DNA of 64,000 nt from Eledone cirrhosa (taxonomy: Eukaryota). The notes beneath the pieces were generated by a model, which worked only from the letters and a program-made list of their open reading frames with translations, was not told where the DNA came from and searched no databases. Every line of letters begins with the position of its first letter. The stretch's first letter is position 1. The stretch lies in NCBI GenBank assembly GCA_964016885.1, contig OZ024743.1, forward strand, positions 210,490,001 to 210,554,000, written 5' to 3'. Positions 59,801 through 64,000 of this stretch are shown piece after piece. A program made the translations under genes and the position numbers.

Positions 59801-62800
59801 CATAAGATATACCACAGTTTACCATCCTATAGCCACACATTAAAGCTCTTCACTCCATAAGATATACCACAGTTTACCAACCTATAGCCACAGATGAAAG
59901 CTCTTCACTCCATAAGTTATACCACAGTTTACCATCCTATAGCCAGATGAAAGCTCTTCACTCCATAAGATATACCAGTTTACCATCATATAGCCACAGA
60001 TGAAAGCTCTTCACTCCATAAGATATACCACAATTTATCATCCTATAGCCAGATGAAAGCTCTTCACTCCATAAGATATAACACATTCTACCATCCTATA
60101 GCCAGATGAAACACTTCACTCCATAAGATATACCACAGTTTACCATCCTATAGCCACAGTTGAAAGCTCTTCACTCCATAAGATATACCACAGTTTACCA
60201 TCCTATGGCCACAGATGAAAGCTCTTCACTCCATAAGATATACCACAGTTTACCATCCTATAGCCACACATGAAAGCTCTTCACTCCATAAGATATACCA
60301 CAGTTTACCATCCTATAGCCATACATGAAAGCTCTTCAGTCCATAAGATATACCACAGTTTACCATCTTATAGCCACATATGAAAGCTCTTCACTCCATA
60401 AGATATACCACAGTTTACCATCCTATAGCCATGCATGAAAGCTCTTCAGTCCATAAGATATACCACAGTTTACCATCCTATAGCCACAGATGAAAGCTCT
60501 TCACTCCATAATATATACCACAGTTTACCATCCGATAGCGAGATGAAAGCTCTTCACTCCATAAGATATACCACAGTTTACCATCCTATAGCCACAGATG
60601 AAAGCTCTTCACTCCATAAGATATACCACAGTTTACCATTCTATGGCCACACATGAAAGCTCTTCACTCCATAAGATATACCACAGTTTACCATGCTATA
60701 GCCACACATGAAACTCTTCACTCCATAGGATATACCACAGTTTACCATCCTATAGCCATACATGAAAGCTCTTCAGTTCATAAGATATACCACAGTTTAC
60801 CATCCTATAGCCACAGATGAAAGCTCTTCACTCCATAAGATATACTACAGTTTACCATCCTATAGCCAGATGAAAGCTCTTCACTCCATAAGATATAGCA
60901 CAGTTTACCATCCTATAGCCACAGATGAAAGCTCTTCACTCCATAATATATACCACAGTTTACCATCCTATAGCAAGATGAAAGCTCTTCACTCCATAAG
61001 ATATACCACAGTTTACCATCCTATAGCCACACATGAAAGCTCTTCACTCCATAAGATATACCACAGTTTACCATCCTATAGCCAGATGAAAGCTCTTCAC
61101 TCCATAAATATATCACAGTTTACCATCCTATAGCCACAGATGAAAGCTCTTCACTCCATAAGATATACCACAGTTTACCATCCTATAGCCACACGGGAAA
61201 GCTCTTCACTCCATAAGATATACGACAGTTTACCATCCTATATCCACACATGAAAGCTCTTCACCCCATAAGATATACCACAGTTTACCATCCTATAGCC
61301 AGATGAAAGCTCTTCACTCCATAAATATATCACAGTTTACCATCCTATAGCCACAGATGAAAGCTCTTCACTCCATAAGATATACCACAGTTTACCATCC
61401 TATAGCCACACATGAAAACTCTTCACTCCATAAGATATACCACAGTTTACCATCCTATAGGCAGATGAAAACTCTTCACTCCATAAGATATACCACAGTT
61501 TACCACCCTATAGCCAGATGAAAGCTCTTCACTCCATAAGATATACCAGTTTACCATCCTATAGCCACAGATGAAAGCTCTTCGCTCCATAAGATATACC
61601 ACAGTTTACCACCCTATAGCCAGATGAAAGATCTTCACTCCATAAGATATACCAGTTTACCATCCTATAGCCACAGATGAAAGCTCTTCACTCCATAAGA
61701 TATACCACAGTTTACCATCCTATAGACACAGATGAAAGCTCTTCACTCCATAAGATATACCAGTTTACCATCCTATAGCCACAGATGAAAGCTCTTCACT
61801 CCATAAGATATACCACAGTTTACCACCCTATAGCCAGATGAAAGATCTTCACTCCATAAGATATACCAGTTTACCATCCTATAGCCACAGATGAAAGCTC
61901 TTCACTCCATAAGATATACTACCACAGTTTACCATCATATAGCCACAGATGAATGCACATCAATCCATAAGATATACCACAGTTTACCATCCTATAGCCA
62001 CAGATGAAAGCTCTTCACCCCATAAGATATACCACAGTTTACCATCCCATAGCCACAGATGAAAGCTCTTCGCTCCATAACATATACCACAGTTTACCAT
62101 CCTATAGCCACACATGAAACTCTTCACTCCATAAGATATACCACAGTTTAACATCCTAGACCCACACATGAAAGCTCTTCACTCCATAAGATATACCACA
62201 GTTTACCATCCTGTAGCCAGATGAAAGCTCTTCACTCTATAAGATATACCACAGTTTACCATCCTATAGCCAGATGAAAGCTCTTCACTCCATAAGATAT
62301 ACCACAGATTACCATCCTGTAGCCAGATGAAAGCTCTTCACTCCATAAGATATACAACAGTTTACCAACCTATAGCCACAGATGAAAGCTCTTCATTCCA
62401 TAAGATATACCACAGTTTACCATCCTATAGCCAGATGAAAGCTCTTCACTCCATAAGATATACCACAGTTTACCATCCTATAGCCACACATTAAAGCTCT
62501 TCACTCCATAAGATATACCACAGTTTACCAACCTATAGCCACAGATGAAAGCTCTTCACTCCATAAGTTATACCACAGTTTAGGATCCTATAGCCAGATG
62601 AAAGCTCTTCACTCCATAAGATATACCAGTTTACCATCATATAGCCACAGATGAAAGCTCTTCACTCCATAAGATATACCACAATTTATCATCCTATAGC
62701 CAGATGAAAGCTCTTCACTCCATAAGATATAACACATTCTACCATCCTATAGCCAGATGAAACACTTCACTCCATAAGATATACCACAGTTTACCATCCT

Positions 62801-64000
62801 ATAGCCACAGTTGAAAGCTCTTCACTCCATAAGATATACCACAGTTTACCATCCTATGGCCACAGATGAAAGCTCTTCACTCCATAAGATATACCACAGT
62901 TTACCATCCTATAGCCACACATGAAAGCTCTTCACTCCATAAGATATACCACAGTTTACCATCCTATAGCCATACATGAAAGCTCTTCAGTCCATAAGAT
63001 ATACCACAGTTTACCATCTTATAGCCACATATGAAAGCTCTTCACTCCATAAGATATACCACAGTTTACCATCCTATAGCCATGCATGAAAGCTCTTCAG
63101 TCCATAAGATATACCACAGTTTACCATCCTATAGCCACAGATGAAAGCTCTTCACTCCATAATATATACCACAGTTTACCATCCGATAGTGAGATGAAAG
63201 CTCTTCACTCCATAAGATATACCACGGTTTACCATCCTATAGCCACACATGAAAGCTCTTCACTCCATAAGATATACCACAGTTTACCATCCTATAGCCA
63301 CAGATGAAAGCTCTTCACTCCATAAGATATACCACAGTTTACCATTCTATGGCCACACATGAAAGCTCTTCACTCCATAAGATATACCACAGTTTACCAT
63401 GCTATAGCCACACATGAATCTCTTCACTCCATAGGATATACCACAGTTTACCATCTTATAGCCACACATGAATGCTCTTCACTCCATAGGATATACCACA
63501 GTTTACCATCCTATAGCCATACATGAAAGCTCTTCAGTCCATAAGATATACCACAGTTTACCATCCTATAGCCACAAATGAAAGCTCTTCACTCCATAAG
63601 ATATACTACAGTTTACCATCCTATAGCCAGATGAAAGCTCTTCACTCCATAAGATATAGCACAGTTTACCATCCTATAGCCACAGATGAAAGCTCTTCAC
63701 TCCATAATATATACCACAGTTTACCATCCTATAGCAAGATGAAAGCTTTTCACTCCATAAGATATACCACAGTTTACCATCCTATAGCCACACATGAAAG
63801 CTCTTCACTCCATAAGATATACCACAGTTTACCATCCTATAGCCAGATGAAAGCTCTTCACTCCATAAATATATCACAGTTTACCATCCCATAGCCACAG
63901 ATGAAAGCTCTTCACTCCATAAGATATACCACAGTTTACCATCCTATAGCCACACGGGAAAGCTCTTCACTCCATAAGATATACGACAGTTTACCATCCT
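53400..64000 (+). repeat. ~2.7-3.1-kb HOR, about 3.5 copies
   Basis: ORF starts 54316, 57347, 60435 and 63086 (spacings 3031, 3088, 2651) are all carried by the 'ccatgcatg...ccgatag' cassette. Confidence 0.88.

Larger units (their letters stand above)
1..64000 (+). repeat. Tandem satellite DNA array, 55-bp consensus monomer (53/54/55-bp main length variants), ~1,180 copies, single orientation, open at both window ends
   Basis: The monomer ATGAAAGCTCTTCACTCCATAAGATATACCACAGTTTACCATCCTATAGCCACA[G/C] is readable in every line. ATGAA starts recur at 55-bp spacing (e.g. 6360-7130 = 14 x 55) or 53-bp spacing. Copy number is estimated as 64000/~54.3. Confidence 0.99.

Noticed and set aside
36249-62169. 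Minus-strand Cys-containing ORFs and the + strand 'SSLHKIYH' motif as C2H2 zinc-finger arrays
   Set aside because: C2H2 arrays have an 84-bp in-frame period with CxxC...HxxxH and TGEKP linkers. Here the period is 53-55 bp, and the Cys and His motifs lie on opposite strands.
296-63894. About 90 short His/Ser/Tyr-rich + strand ORFs as protein-coding genes
   Set aside because: Each starts at the ATG built into the monomer and ends when length variants shift into the stop-containing third frame. There is no unique sequence, no recognisable domain, and frameshifting indels are ubiquitous.
1-64000. CRISPR array or other repeat-spacer system
   Set aside because: The units are contiguous near-identical monomers with no unique spacers, leader or cas genes.
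1-64000. Known satellites or telomeric repeats (alpha satellite with CENP-B box, HSATII/III, TTAGGG)
   Set aside because: I saw no 171-bp period, no CENP-B box, no (CATTC)n and no telomeric hexamer tracts. The family remains unassigned without a database search.
1-64000. Tandem tRNA/5S/snRNA/spliced-leader gene array, or embedded transposon
   Set aside because: The unit is too short and has no recognisable cloverleaf, A/B boxes, Sm site or oligo-T terminator. No non-satellite insert, terminal inverted repeat or target-site duplication was seen.
1-64000. Variant order as a programmed code or diversity-generating cassette library
   Set aside because: The order is adequately explained by nested duplication and in-register deletion, and no recombinase, reverse transcriptase or expression site is present in the window.

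Overview
The entire 64 kb window is one uninterrupted, head-to-tail satellite DNA array, most likely eukaryotic heterochromatic or (peri)centromeric sequence; the organism and family cannot be identified from the sequence. The consensus monomer is 55 bp: ATGAAAGCTCTTCACTCCATAAGATATACCACAGTTTACCATCCTATAGCCACA[G/C] (40% GC, no CpG, C>>G on the + strand). There are frequent 53-bp variants and rarer 54-, 56-, 49- and 58-bp variants, roughly 1,180 monomers in total. I saw no genes, RNA genes, transposon insertions, inversions or unique spacers, and all ORFs in the track are translations of the monomer. The information lies in the order of monomer variants, which reveals nested higher-order repeats (HORs). 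The left domain (~1-32.5 kb) has ~1.14 kb, ~3.5 kb, ~7 kb and a near-identical ~13.9 kb period. After a transition zone (~32.5-35.8 kb), the right domain has an 869-bp 16-mer, 4.4-5.3 kb units, a 9,780-bp offset and finally ~2.7-3.1 kb units. The larger length differences checked between HOR copies are whole-monomer multiples. I find no support for a novel protein-coding or CRISPR-like system; the novelty, if any, is the satellite family and its multi-level HOR architecture.
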